Positions 17,658-27,048 of a stretch of DNA of 64,000 bases are shown in pieces. The stretch comes from Gemmatimonadota bacterium (GTDB taxonomy: Bacteria > Gemmatimonadota > Gemmatimonadetes > Palauibacterales > Palauibacteraceae), in NCBI GenBank assembly GCA_965116475.1, contig OZ220691.1:224001-288000 (forward strand). The letters are read 5' to 3'. The position numbers and the translations under genes were made by a program. Below the pieces are notes generated by a model, which was not told the origin of the DNA, did no database searches, and saw only the letters and a program-made list of their open reading frames with translations. The first letter of the stretch is position 1; each line of letters opens with the position of its first letter.

Positions 17658-19435
17658 AAGTCGCCGGCGACCTGTGGGGCGGACTCGACGCGGATCGTGA
17701 GGATGTCGATGTCGTGGTACTGCTGGTGGCGGATGGAGGAGGCGTAGTGCCGCAGCAGCCGGAGCGGCGTCTCCGCCTCGACGGGGACGCCCGCGGCCAC
17801 CTCGCTGAGCATCGCCAGCTGATCCTCGACGTTCTTCTCGTCCGTCGTCGCGATGAACTCGAGGTCCGCCGCGGGACCGTCGCTGCTCGCGATGAGCAAC
17901 AGGCTTCGGGCTTCACCCGTCCCGGCTTCGGTCTCGGCCTCAGCCTCCTCGCGAACGAGGATCTGCATCGTCTCTTCGCCGACCGCGCGCAGACGCGTCT
18001 CCATCTCCCCGCCCCAGCCCCGGCGCGCCGCGAACTTCACGAGGAAGGCGTCGACCTCCGACCACGTGGCCTCCGACAACCGCGTTTTCAGTCGCGCCCG
18101 ACGGCCGCCCGTGACCTCCGAGAAGATGGTGAGCAGGATCACCGTGAGACCGCCGACCGTCATGCCGTTGCCGAGGAACTCCTCCCACGCTCCGACGATC
18201 TGGTCCGGGTAGATCCAGTCGAACTGGAAGACGATGCCCAGCCAGAACGCGACGCCGACGACGAGGCCGTTGCGGTAGTCCAGCCCCTCCTGGAGCAGGA
18301 TCTTCATGCCGAAGACGAAGATCAGCGCCACGACGACGATGAAATAGGCCGCCACGACGGGGCCGGGGATCGCGATAATGAGGGCGAGCAGTTTCGGCAG
18401 GAAGGCGAACGCCGCGAAGACGACGCCGACGCAGATTCCGATGGCGCGAGAGGTGACGCCGGTGAGTTCGGCGACGGCGATGCCCACGCCGTAGGTCGTG
18501 TTGGGGACGGTACCCGCCAGGCCGGAAAGGAGGTTGCCCGCGCCGTCGGCGGCGATCGCTCCCTGGATGGAGCGGAAGTCGATCGCGCGCGGCCGGCGCC
18601 AGGAAACCCTCTGAATCGCGATCGCATCGCCGAGCGTGTCCATGGCGCTCACGAGCGTCACCATGAGGAATGACGGCAGCAGCGCCCAGAACTCGGGGCG
18701 GAAGCTCAGGTCGAGACCGGGGTACGCCAGGTCCGGCAGGCCGATCCACGAGGCATCGTAGACGCTGGACAGCTCGTAGATCCCGAACCCGAGGCCGGCA
18801 ACGAGCGACCCGGCGACGATCCCGAGGGCCGGGGCCCAGAGCCGAAGCGCGCCGGAGAACCGCAGCGGGACGAGCACTGTGACCGCCAGCGTCACGCCGG
18901 CCACGACCGGACCCGCGGCGATCGGGGCTCCGGCGGGCACCTCGGCGAGCTTCCGCAGGATCATCGGAGTGAGCGTCACCGGGATGAGGATCAGCACGGT
19001 GCCCGCCACGGTGGGCGTGAACACCCGGCGCAGGAGCGCCATCCGGGACGCGAGAAGGAACTGGACCATCGAGGAGGCGATGATCAGGACCGCGAGCATT
19101 TCCGGCCCGCCCTGCTCGATGGCGGTGACGCTTACCGCGATGAAGGCGCTCGTGCTCCCCATGACGAGGACGTAGCCGGCGCCGATCCGTCCCACGCTGC
19201 GCGCCTGAATCGCCGTCGTGATGCCGCTGATCACGAGCGCCGCGAACACCGCCCACGACAGGTACTCCGGGCTGCCGCCCGCCACCGTGATCATGACCGT
19301 CGGCGTGAGCACGATGCTGGCGAGGCAGATGAGCGCGTACTGGACGCCGAGTCCGGCCGCCATGGGGAGCGGGGGACGTTCGTTCGGCTCGAAGCGCACG
19401 TCCTGGCGGGCGAGCCCGGGGCCGGAACCCGCCAT
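17654..19435 (-). CDS. Nucleobase:cation symporter-2 (uracil/xanthine permease) with a C-terminal soluble extension
   Basis: LGVQY, ISGITTAIQ, FTPTVAGTV, ADGAGNLLSGLAG..PNTTY, many TM segments; ~150-aa soluble tail. Confidence 0.85.
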   Translation of the reverse strand: MAGSGPGLARQDVRFEPNERPPLPMAAGLGVQYALICLASIVLTPTVMITVAGGSPEYLSWAVFAALVISGITTAIQARSVGRIGAGYVLVMGSTSAFIAVSVTAIEQGGPEMLAVLIIASSMVQFLLASRMALLRRVFTPTVAGTVLILIPVTLTPMILRKLAEVPAGAPIAAGPVVAGVTLAVTVLVPLRFSGALRLWAPALGIVAGSLVAGLGFGIYELSSVYDASWIGLPDLAYPGLDLSFRPEFWALLPSFLMVTLVSAMDTLGDAIAIQRVSWRRPRAIDFRSIQGAIAADGAGNLLSGLAGTVPNTTYGVGIAVAELTGVTSRAIGICVGVVFAAFAFLPKLLALIIAIPGPVVAAYFIVVVALIFVFGMKILLQEGLDYRNGLVVGVAFWLGIVFQFDWIYPDQIVGAWEEFLGNGMTVGGLTVILLTIFSEVTGGRRARLKTRLSEATWSEVDAFLVKFAARRGWGGEMETRLRAVGEETMQILVREEAEAETEAGTGEARSLLLIASSDGPAADLEFIATTDEKNVEDQLAMLSEVAAGVPVEAETPLRLLRHYASSIRHQQYHDIDILTIRVESAPQVAGDF

Positions 19436-20955
19436 CAGGGGCCGCCTCCCCCGGCGAGCGCTTCGGCGGGCGCGGCGGAGCGCCAGCGTTCGGGGTGGGC
19501 TTCGAGCCGTTCCACGGCCTCCGCGAGAACCTCGAGCGCCAGGTCGATGGTGTCGAGGTGCGTGCGGAAGGCGAGCGCCGCCATCCGCAACCAGAACGTC
19601 CCATCGATCGTCGTCGAGGAGAAGAAGATCCTCCCATCGCGATGCGTCTCTTCCACGAGAGCCTGGTTGAAGGCGTTCGCGTCACCCGACTCCGGCACCC
19701 AGCGGTAGGTCACCACCGAGAGTTGAGGCTTCGGACCCACTTCGAATCCGAGCGCCCCGACCTCGCCGTGAAAATACCGGGCGAGTTCCAGCTTCTCCTC
19801 GAGGCAGGCCCGAAAGGGGGCTTCTCCGTGCAGGAGGAGCGGCAGCCAGACCCGAAGCCCGCGAAAGTGCTTCGTGAGTTCAGGGGATACGGCGGCCGGC
19901 GAACGACCTCCCCACTCGGACTCGACCGTGTCCTGCAGGTAGCTGGCGTAGTAGGCGTGGGCATCCTGGAGCGCCTCGCCGTCGCGGATGAGCACGGCGC
20001 CGGTGCCGTACGGCAGGAACATTCCCTTGTGCGGATCGAGCACCAGCGAATCCGCGCGCTCCATCCCGGTGAGCACGCGCCGGCTGCCCTTCACGAGAGT
20101 GAAAAAGCCCCCGTATGCCGCATCGACGTGGAACCAGAGACCTTCGCGCTCGCACACATCGGCGATGCGGTCCAGGGGATCGACCTGGCCGGTATCGGCG
20201 GTACCGGCCGATCCGAGGACGAGCCACGGTCGAAGCCCCCGTGCCCGGTCCTCCGCGACGAGTTCCGCGAGTGAGTCGGGACACAGCCGGAGGTCCCGGT
20301 CGCGGGACACCTCGCGCCGGACGGCCTCCGCGAGGCCGGCCACGCGGACCGCCTTGTGCAGGCAGTGGTGTGTGTGGGCGGAGGAGTAGACGACGGCCCG
20401 CTCGTAGTCGCGAGCCCGGAGCCCGGCCGCTTCCCGCGCCGTAACCACCGCGATCAGACTGGCGATGGAGCCGCCCGAAGCGAGGTTCCCGTCGGCCCCG
20501 GCGGGGAATCCGACGAGCGACGCCATCCAGTCGAGGATCAGGTCCTCCATCTCGACCGCGCCCGGCCCGGTGAATCGTACGCCCGCGTATTCGTTCGTCA
20601 CCGCGGCCAGATAGTCCCCCAGCGACGAGGCGTAGATGCCTCCGCCCGGGATGTAGCCGAGATGCCCGCCGTGCGAGGGCACGAGGCCGACGCCCACCAC
20701 GGACTCGTCGATCCGGTCGATGAGTCCGGCCAGGGGCTGCGGCCCGCGCCCGAATCCGAGCTTTCGGATCTCCCGGACGGCGGACTTGTCGTGCCGGTAG
20801 GCGAGCCGTTCGGGGAGTCCGTCGAGGAACCGTTGCGCATAGGCGTGCGCCTCGCCCATGAGGCGGTCGCGCTCGCCCGCGTCGGGGTCGAGCGGCCGCG
20901 CAGCCTCCTCCAGTTCCAGGATCCGGGACCGCTGCCGACTTGAGATCGAGCGCAT
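19435..20955 (-). CDS. PLP-dependent group II amino acid decarboxylase
   Basis: SGGSIASL, GSAGTADTGQVD, WFHVDAAYGG, DSLVLDPHKGM (PLP lysine). Confidence 0.9.
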   Translation of the reverse strand: MRSISSRQRSRILELEEAARPLDPDAGERDRLMGEAHAYAQRFLDGLPERLAYRHDKSAVREIRKLGFGRGPQPLAGLIDRIDESVVGVGLVPSHGGHLGYIPGGGIYASSLGDYLAAVTNEYAGVRFTGPGAVEMEDLILDWMASLVGFPAGADGNLASGGSIASLIAVVTAREAAGLRARDYERAVVYSSAHTHHCLHKAVRVAGLAEAVRREVSRDRDLRLCPDSLAELVAEDRARGLRPWLVLGSAGTADTGQVDPLDRIADVCEREGLWFHVDAAYGGFFTLVKGSRRVLTGMERADSLVLDPHKGMFLPYGTGAVLIRDGEALQDAHAYYASYLQDTVESEWGGRSPAAVSPELTKHFRGLRVWLPLLLHGEAPFRACLEEKLELARYFHGEVGALGFEVGPKPQLSVVTYRWVPESGDANAFNQALVEETHRDGRIFFSSTTIDGTFWLRMAALAFRTHLDTIDLALEVLAEAVERLEAHPERWRSAAPAEALAGGGGP

Positions 20956-21041
20956 GATGCGATCCTATCCCTTTCGTTCGGGGGACGCGAGCGTTCCGGC
21001 CCGGCAGGCAGGGGCCGCCAACCTTTGCCGGAGGATCCCGC

Positions 21042-22811
21042 TTGTATCCGCGTCGAAAGTCATCCTGGAGCTACGGTCTCGCCGCCGCGCTTGCCGCCGC
21101 GCTCGCCGTCGGGCTCGCGTCCGCCGCCGAGGCGCAGCCGCGCGCGGCACGGGCGGAGAGCTATCTCCGTTCCTTCCATGACCTGAGGCTCTTCAACGGC
21201 GCGGCCCTCATCGTCGACGAGGGCGAGGTCCTGTTCGAGGGCGCGTTCGGCCGGGGCGACTTCCCGGACGGCGGCGCCAACACCCCGGGCACGCGGTTCC
21301 GCATCGCTTCGCTGACGAAGCAGTTCACGGCCGCGCTCATCCTGATACTCGAGGAAGAGGGACTGCTGCGGGTCGAGGATCCGGTGGGCCGCTACATCGA
21401 GGAATATCCGCCGGAGTTCGCCGAACGGATCACGCTCCACCACCTGCTCACGCACACCTCGGGACTGCCCAGCTACACGAACATGCCGGGGTTCCTCGAA
21501 TGGGAGGCGGCGACCCCGTTCTCGCCCGGCGAGATCGTCGCCCTCACATGGGAAGACGCCCTCTCCTTCGAGCCGGGCACGGACTTCGAGTACTCCAACA
21601 CGGGCTACGTGCTCCTCGGCTGGATCGCGGCACGCGTGACGGGGCTGAGCTATGACGAGGCCCTTCGCACCTACGTGCTCGAACCGCTGGCGTTGGACGA
21701 TACCGGGTACGACCATGCGCTCCGGCCGCCGGAGGGCCACGCCCGCGGCCACACGCGCGACCTCGTCGGCTACCGGCAGGCGCGCCTGATCGACCCGTCC
21801 GTGCCCTATTCCGCCGGCATGCTCTACTCCACCATCGGCGACCTCGCCCGCTGGGCCACCGGCCTCTTCGCCGAAGGCGGCCTGTTCCGGGACCCGGAGA
21901 CGCTGGCACGCATGACGACCCCCGGCCTCGAGTCCGGGTCGTACGGGTACGGCGTAGGCGTGCGGACGCGGAACATCGAGCGCGACCCCGAAGTGCGCGT
22001 GATCGAACACACGGGGGGGATCTTCGGCTTCTCCTCCTGGCTGCGCGTCTTCCCGGACCACGGACGCCTCATCGTGCTGCTGGACAACACATCCTCCGAT
22101 CTGGGACCGCTCGTGGAGGGGTTGACGAACCTGCTGTGGGGCGCCGAGGCCGCGCGCCCGAAACCGTCGATCGCCGAACGGCTGCTGCCGATCGTCGAGG
22201 CGGGCGGAGTCGAGGCGGCGATGTCCAGGTACGACAACTGGCGGCGCACGCGACCGGAGGAATACGACTACGCCCCCGGCCAGATCCTGAGACTCGCCGG
22301 CCATTTCCGGGAGGACGAACCAGCCACCGCCATTGCGATCCTCGAGGCCTACGCGGCCGGGACGCCGGAGCCTCCCGCGATCCGCTTCGCGCTGTCCGAG
22401 CTTCACGAAGAGGCCGGAGCCCCGGAGGCGGCGTCCGCCCACATTCGGCAGGCGCTCACCTACAACCCCGGCATGCCCCGGCTGCTGGAGCGCCTGTCGG
22501 AGCTGGGCGTCGAGCCCGATCCGGCGCTTCGGCTCCCCATTGTGCGGGTGGAACCCGGGAACCTGTCCCTGTTGGTGGGCGAGTACCGGATCGACCCGGC
22601 CACGACGCTCACCGTCACGCTCGAAGAGGGTGGGCTCATAGCCGCCCGCACCGGCGAGCCCGCGTTCCGGCTCCTCCCCCAGTCCCCGACCGCCTTCCTG
22701 ATGCACGGCGCCGCCGTGCAGTTCGTGTTCGACGTCGCGGACGGCGCCGCGGGGGCGGTCTCGGTGGTGGAGGCCGACCAGCGCCTCGTTTTCCCGAGAA
22801 TCGGAAACTGA
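21042..22811 (+). CDS. Serine hydrolase (beta-lactamase class C-like) with TPR-like and C-terminal DUF3471-like regions
   Basis: FRIASLTK (SxxK), LLTHTSG, YSN, HTGG; signal peptide. Confidence 0.88.
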   Translation: MYPRRKSSWSYGLAAALAAALAVGLASAAEAQPRAARAESYLRSFHDLRLFNGAALIVDEGEVLFEGAFGRGDFPDGGANTPGTRFRIASLTKQFTAALILILEEEGLLRVEDPVGRYIEEYPPEFAERITLHHLLTHTSGLPSYTNMPGFLEWEAATPFSPGEIVALTWEDALSFEPGTDFEYSNTGYVLLGWIAARVTGLSYDEALRTYVLEPLALDDTGYDHALRPPEGHARGHTRDLVGYRQARLIDPSVPYSAGMLYSTIGDLARWATGLFAEGGLFRDPETLARMTTPGLESGSYGYGVGVRTRNIERDPEVRVIEHTGGIFGFSSWLRVFPDHGRLIVLLDNTSSDLGPLVEGLTNLLWGAEAARPKPSIAERLLPIVEAGGVEAAMSRYDNWRRTRPEEYDYAPGQILRLAGHFREDEPATAIAILEAYAAGTPEPPAIRFALSELHEEAGAPEAASAHIRQALTYNPGMPRLLERLSELGVEPDPALRLPIVRVEPGNLSLLVGEYRIDPATTLTVTLEEGGLIAARTGEPAFRLLPQSPTAFLMHGAAVQFVFDVADGAAGAVSVVEADQRLVFPRIGN

Positions 22812-22827
22812 GCGCCCCCCTATCGAC

Positions 22828-23946
22828 ATGCACGACTTCGCCGTCATCGGGCTCGGAGCCATCGGAAGCGCGACCGCGGCCGAACTCGTCCGGCGAGGAC
22901 ATTCGGTGATCGGATTCGACCGCTACACGCCCCCGCACACGATGGGATCGGCGCACAGCGAGACGCGGATGATCCGCGAGGCGTGGTATCACGGGTCTCC
23001 GTACCTGCCGCTCGTCCGTGACGCCCGCCGGCGCTGGAAGAACCTCGAGCGCTCGTCCGGCCGAACGCTGCTGCGGACGGCGGGCGCCCTCATGATGGGG
23101 CCGGAAGATGGCCGCGCGTTCGCGGGGATTCCGCTTCGCGCCGTCGCTCAGCCGGACACCGATCACTTCCTCCTCTCGGCGGAAGACGTCGTCGCGCGCT
23201 TCCCCTGGCTCCGCCCGGATCCCGGGACCGTCACCATCTACGAACCGGGGGCCGCCATCTTCTCGCTGGAGGCCTGCATCGAGGCGATGCTGGAGGCGGC
23301 CGGGGGCGCGGACCTGCGCTTCGACGAGCCCGCCGTTGGGTGGTCCGCTTCGGCCTCCGGCGTCCGCGTCCGGACCAAAGGGGCAACATACCCGGCGCGG
23401 CGGCTTGCGATCGCCGCCGGGGCGTGGACTCCGCAACTGCTTTCCGAACTTTTCCTTCCGCTCGAAGTGGAGCGCACCGTGCAGTACTGGTTCGAGCCCG
23501 CCGGTGAACACGCGGACACGCTCGCGGAGGGTCCCGCCTGGGTGTGGGAACTCGAACGGGAGGGGACGTGGTACGGCTTCCCCCCGACGGCGCGCGGCCT
23601 CAAGGCGGGGATGCACTTCCAGGCCGGACGCGGGACCGATGTCGAGCGGGTCGACCGCGAGGTCGGGGCCTCCGAGACAGAAGCGCTGCGAAGGCTGTTC
23701 GGGCGGTACGCGCCGGGCGTAGCGGGCGCGCTGGCCCATGCGTCGGTCTGCCTCTACACGAACACCGCCGACGAGGACTTCATCCTCGACCGCCACCCCG
23801 ACCATCCCGGCGTGGTGCTGTTCGCCGGCGGCTCCGGGCACGCGTTCAAGTTCGCGCCCGTGCTCGGGTCGCTCATGGCCGACCTTCTCACGGATGAGCC
23901 CCCCGGTCTCGGGCTGCCGATCTTCTCGATCGACCGCTTTCGCTGA
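22828..23946 (+). CDS. solA: N-methyl-L-tryptophan oxidase / monomeric sarcosine oxidase family
   Basis: VIGLGAIGS, GSAHSETRMIR, CLYTNT.DEDFILD, GSGHAFKF. Confidence 0.85.
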   Translation: MHDFAVIGLGAIGSATAAELVRRGHSVIGFDRYTPPHTMGSAHSETRMIREAWYHGSPYLPLVRDARRRWKNLERSSGRTLLRTAGALMMGPEDGRAFAGIPLRAVAQPDTDHFLLSAEDVVARFPWLRPDPGTVTIYEPGAAIFSLEACIEAMLEAAGGADLRFDEPAVGWSASASGVRVRTKGATYPARRLAIAAGAWTPQLLSELFLPLEVERTVQYWFEPAGEHADTLAEGPAWVWELEREGTWYGFPPTARGLKAGMHFQAGRGTDVERVDREVGASETEALRRLFGRYAPGVAGALAHASVCLYTNTADEDFILDRHPDHPGVVLFAGGSGHAFKFAPVLGSLMADLLTDEPPGLGLPIFSIDRFR

Positions 23947-26900
23947 GGGGGCCGGCGAAGCGCAGGAAGAGCGCGGGCACGACGACCATGTTCAGCGTGG
24001 TGGACGTCACGAGGCCCCCGAGAACGACGACGGCGAGCGGGGCCTGGATCTCCTTGCCGGGTTCGCCGATGCCCAACGCGAGGGGAACGAGCGCGAGGCC
24101 CGCCGTGAGCGCCGTCATGAGGATGGGGCTCAGCCGTTCCATCGAGCCGCGCCGGATGCTCGGGCCGAGTTCGCCGCCCGCCGCACGAAGGTCCTGGTAG
24201 CGGCTCACGAGGAGGATCCCGTTTCGTACCGCGATGCCGAACAACGTGATGAGCCCGACCAGCGTTGCGATGTTCACGGTGCCGCCGATTAGCAGCACGG
24301 CGAGCACGCCGCCCGCCAGCGCCAGGGGCAGGTTCACCATGAGGAGCGCCGCGATCCGGGCGCTCCCGAAGGCCCGGAACATGATGAGGAAGATAGCGGC
24401 GATCGAGAACAGCGAGAGCAGCGTGATGCGCCGCGTCGCCTCCCGCCCGCTCTCGAACTGCCCTCCGTACTGGACGTAGTAACCCGGCGGCAGTTCGACT
24501 TCGGCCGCGACCCGCGCCCGCAGTTCCTCCGCAACTCCGCCCACGTCGCGCCCCGCGACGTTCGCGCTCACGACGATCTTCCGCTGCACGTTCTCCCGGC
24601 TGATCGTGTTGGGGCCCACCGACGGCACAATCGAAGCGAGCTGCGACAGCGGCACCGTCGCGCCCGCCGGGGTCGTCATCAGCGTACTGCCGATCGCCTC
24701 GGGATCCGCACGGTGTTCGTCCGCGTAGCGCACCACGAGGCCGAACGCGCGATCGCCTTCCCGGATGAGGGATACCTCCTCCCCCTGAAAAGCGACATCC
24801 ACGGCCGCGGCCATCTCCGCCGGCGTGACGCCGTGGCGGGCCATGGCCCGGCGGTCGGCGCGGACCTGGAGCTGGGGGATGTCCGCCTGCCGCTCGACGG
24901 AGACGTCCACCAGCCCCGCCACCGTCCCCGCGACGGTCTCGATCTCGCCGGCGATGTCGCGCAGTTGGCGGAGGTCCGGACCGAACAGATTCGCCGCGAT
25001 GGCGGCCCGCGTGCCGGAGAGCATGTGGTCGATCCGGTGTCCGATCGGCTGTCCAATCGTGACGTTCGTCCCGGGGAGTCCCGCCAGGTCGTCCCGGAGC
25101 GCGGCCATGACCTCCTCCAGGTCATGCTCCGATAGGTCCAGCCGCGCGTCGACCTCCGAGGCGTTGGCGCCCTGCGCGTGCTCGTCGAGTTCGGCCCGGC
25201 CGGTCCGCCGCGACGTGGAGACGACGGCCGGGTGCGCCAGTAGCTGGCGCTCCACGCGGGCCCCGATCGCGTCCGACTCCACCAGTGACGTGCCGGGCAT
25301 GCTCGCGACGGAAACGGTGAGCGTCCCCTCCTGGAACTCGGGCAGGAAGCCGCGCCCCAGCAGCGGCACGAGCGCCAGGGAGCCGGCAAGCAGGAGCGCC
25401 GCACCGCCCAGCACGGCCCCGGAGCGGCGCAGCGCCCCGTCGAGCACCCGCGCGTACGCCCGTTCGATCCCGCGCATCAGCCACGGCTCGCGGGGGCGGG
25501 TGATCGCCCGGTCTCCCGGCAGCAACATGTGGCAGAGCGCCGGCGTCACCGTCACCGCGACGAGCAGCGACGAGAGGATGCTCACGATGTACGCCAGCCC
25601 CAGGGGCCGGAGCATGCGCCCCTCCACGCCCGAGAGGAAGAAGAGCGGGACGAAGACGATGGAGATGATGAGCGTGGCGCTGAGGATCGGGTTCCGGATC
25701 TCCCGCGCCGCGTCCCGGACGAGGGCCAGCGGGCGGCGGCGGCCGTCCGGCGGGCGGCGGCGGTCTTCGCGCAGGCGGCGGTACACGTTCTCGACGACGA
25801 TGATCGCGTCGTCCACCAGTGCGCCGATGGCGATGGCCATGCCGCCCAGCGTCATCGTGTTGATCGTACCCCCGAGGAGCCGCAGCACGATGACCGCCAG
25901 CGCCAGCGAGAGCGGGATCGCGAGGGCGGAAATCGCCGTCGTCCTCAGGTTCCACAGGAAGAGCAGGAGCACCGCGATGACGAGCAAAGCACCGTCGCGC
26001 AGAGCTTCGATCACGTTCTCTACGGCGAGCGAGATGAAATCGGCCTGCCGGAACACCGACCGCTCGAAGGCCACGCCCGCCGGGAGTTCCACTTCGATCT
26101 CGTTCAGTTCCGCGTCGATCCGCTCCGTCAACTCCAGCGTATTGGCGCCGGGCTGCTTCTGGACCGAGAGCACGACGGCGGGCTCCGCGTTCACGGAAGC
26201 GGTGCCGAACCGGACACGCGAGCCGATTCGAACCTCCGCCAGGTCCTCGATGAGGACCGGCACCCCCTCCCTCACGGCGACGACGGTCAAGCCGATCTCC
26301 TCCAGGTCGCGCGCGCGGCCGATGCCGCGGATCAGGATCTCGCGTCCGCCCGAGCGATAGACGCCTCCCGACGCGTTCCGGTTCGAACCTGCCGCCGCCT
26401 CCAGCACCTCATCGAGCCCGATGCCGTAGGCGAGCAGGCGCTCGGGCCGGATCAGGACCTGGTACTGGCGGACCTGTCCGCCGATCGACACCACCTGCGA
26501 CACCCCGGGCACGGCGAGCAGCCTGCGCCGCACGGCCCAGTCGGCGGTCGTCCGTGCCTCCATGAGTTGCGGGGCGGGCGCGCTCATGCCGACGAGCAGG
26601 ATCTCGCCCATGATCGAACTCACGGGCGCGAGGACGGGCGCGCTCACATCCTCGGGCAGTTGGGCCGTGGCGAGTTGAAGCCGCTCGTTCACGATCTGCC
26701 GGGCGCGGAGGATGTCCGTCCCCCAGTCGAAATCCACCCACACGATGCTGATGCCCTGCGCCGAACTCGACCGGACCCGGCGCACGCCGGCCGCGCCGTT
26801 CACGGCCGTCTCGATCGGGAAGGTGACGAGACTCTCCACCTCTTCCGGCGCCAGTCCGTAAGCGTCGCTGAGCACCGTCACCGTAGGCGCGGTGAGGTCG

Positions 26901-27019
26901 GGAAAGACGTCGACGGGCAGCGTGGCGGCCACCCATCCCCCGCCCGCCAGCAGGAGCGCCCCGGCGGCCACGGCGAGGAAGCGGTTCTCGAGCGAGGCGT
27001 GGACGAGCCGGTCCAGCAT
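23888..27019 (-). CDS. CusA/CzcA family heavy-metal efflux RND permease
   Basis: LPVDVFPDL, APEEVESLVTFPIE, GALVDDAIIVVEN, RLSPILMTALTA; start MLDRLV at 27019; about 1043 aa. Confidence 0.93.
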   Translation of the reverse strand: MLDRLVHASLENRFLAVAAGALLLAGGGWVAATLPVDVFPDLTAPTVTVLSDAYGLAPEEVESLVTFPIETAVNGAAGVRRVRSSSAQGISIVWVDFDWGTDILRARQIVNERLQLATAQLPEDVSAPVLAPVSSIMGEILLVGMSAPAPQLMEARTTADWAVRRRLLAVPGVSQVVSIGGQVRQYQVLIRPERLLAYGIGLDEVLEAAAGSNRNASGGVYRSGGREILIRGIGRARDLEEIGLTVVAVREGVPVLIEDLAEVRIGSRVRFGTASVNAEPAVVLSVQKQPGANTLELTERIDAELNEIEVELPAGVAFERSVFRQADFISLAVENVIEALRDGALLVIAVLLLFLWNLRTTAISALAIPLSLALAVIVLRLLGGTINTMTLGGMAIAIGALVDDAIIVVENVYRRLREDRRRPPDGRRRPLALVRDAAREIRNPILSATLIISIVFVPLFFLSGVEGRMLRPLGLAYIVSILSSLLVAVTVTPALCHMLLPGDRAITRPREPWLMRGIERAYARVLDGALRRSGAVLGGAALLLAGSLALVPLLGRGFLPEFQEGTLTVSVASMPGTSLVESDAIGARVERQLLAHPAVVSTSRRTGRAELDEHAQGANASEVDARLDLSEHDLEEVMAALRDDLAGLPGTNVTIGQPIGHRIDHMLSGTRAAIAANLFGPDLRQLRDIAGEIETVAGTVAGLVDVSVERQADIPQLQVRADRRAMARHGVTPAEMAAAVDVAFQGEEVSLIREGDRAFGLVVRYADEHRADPEAIGSTLMTTPAGATVPLSQLASIVPSVGPNTISRENVQRKIVVSANVAGRDVGGVAEELRARVAAEVELPPGYYVQYGGQFESGREATRRITLLSLFSIAAIFLIMFRAFGSARIAALLMVNLPLALAGGVLAVLLIGGTVNIATLVGLITLFGIAVRNGILLVSRYQDLRAAGGELGPSIRRGSMERLSPILMTALTAGLALVPLALGIGEPGKEIQAPLAVVVLGGLVTSTTLNMVVVPALFLRFAGPLSESGRSRRSAARDRGAHP

Positions 27020-27048
27020 CCCCTGCAGGAGGCCTGACCGGTCTCCCA

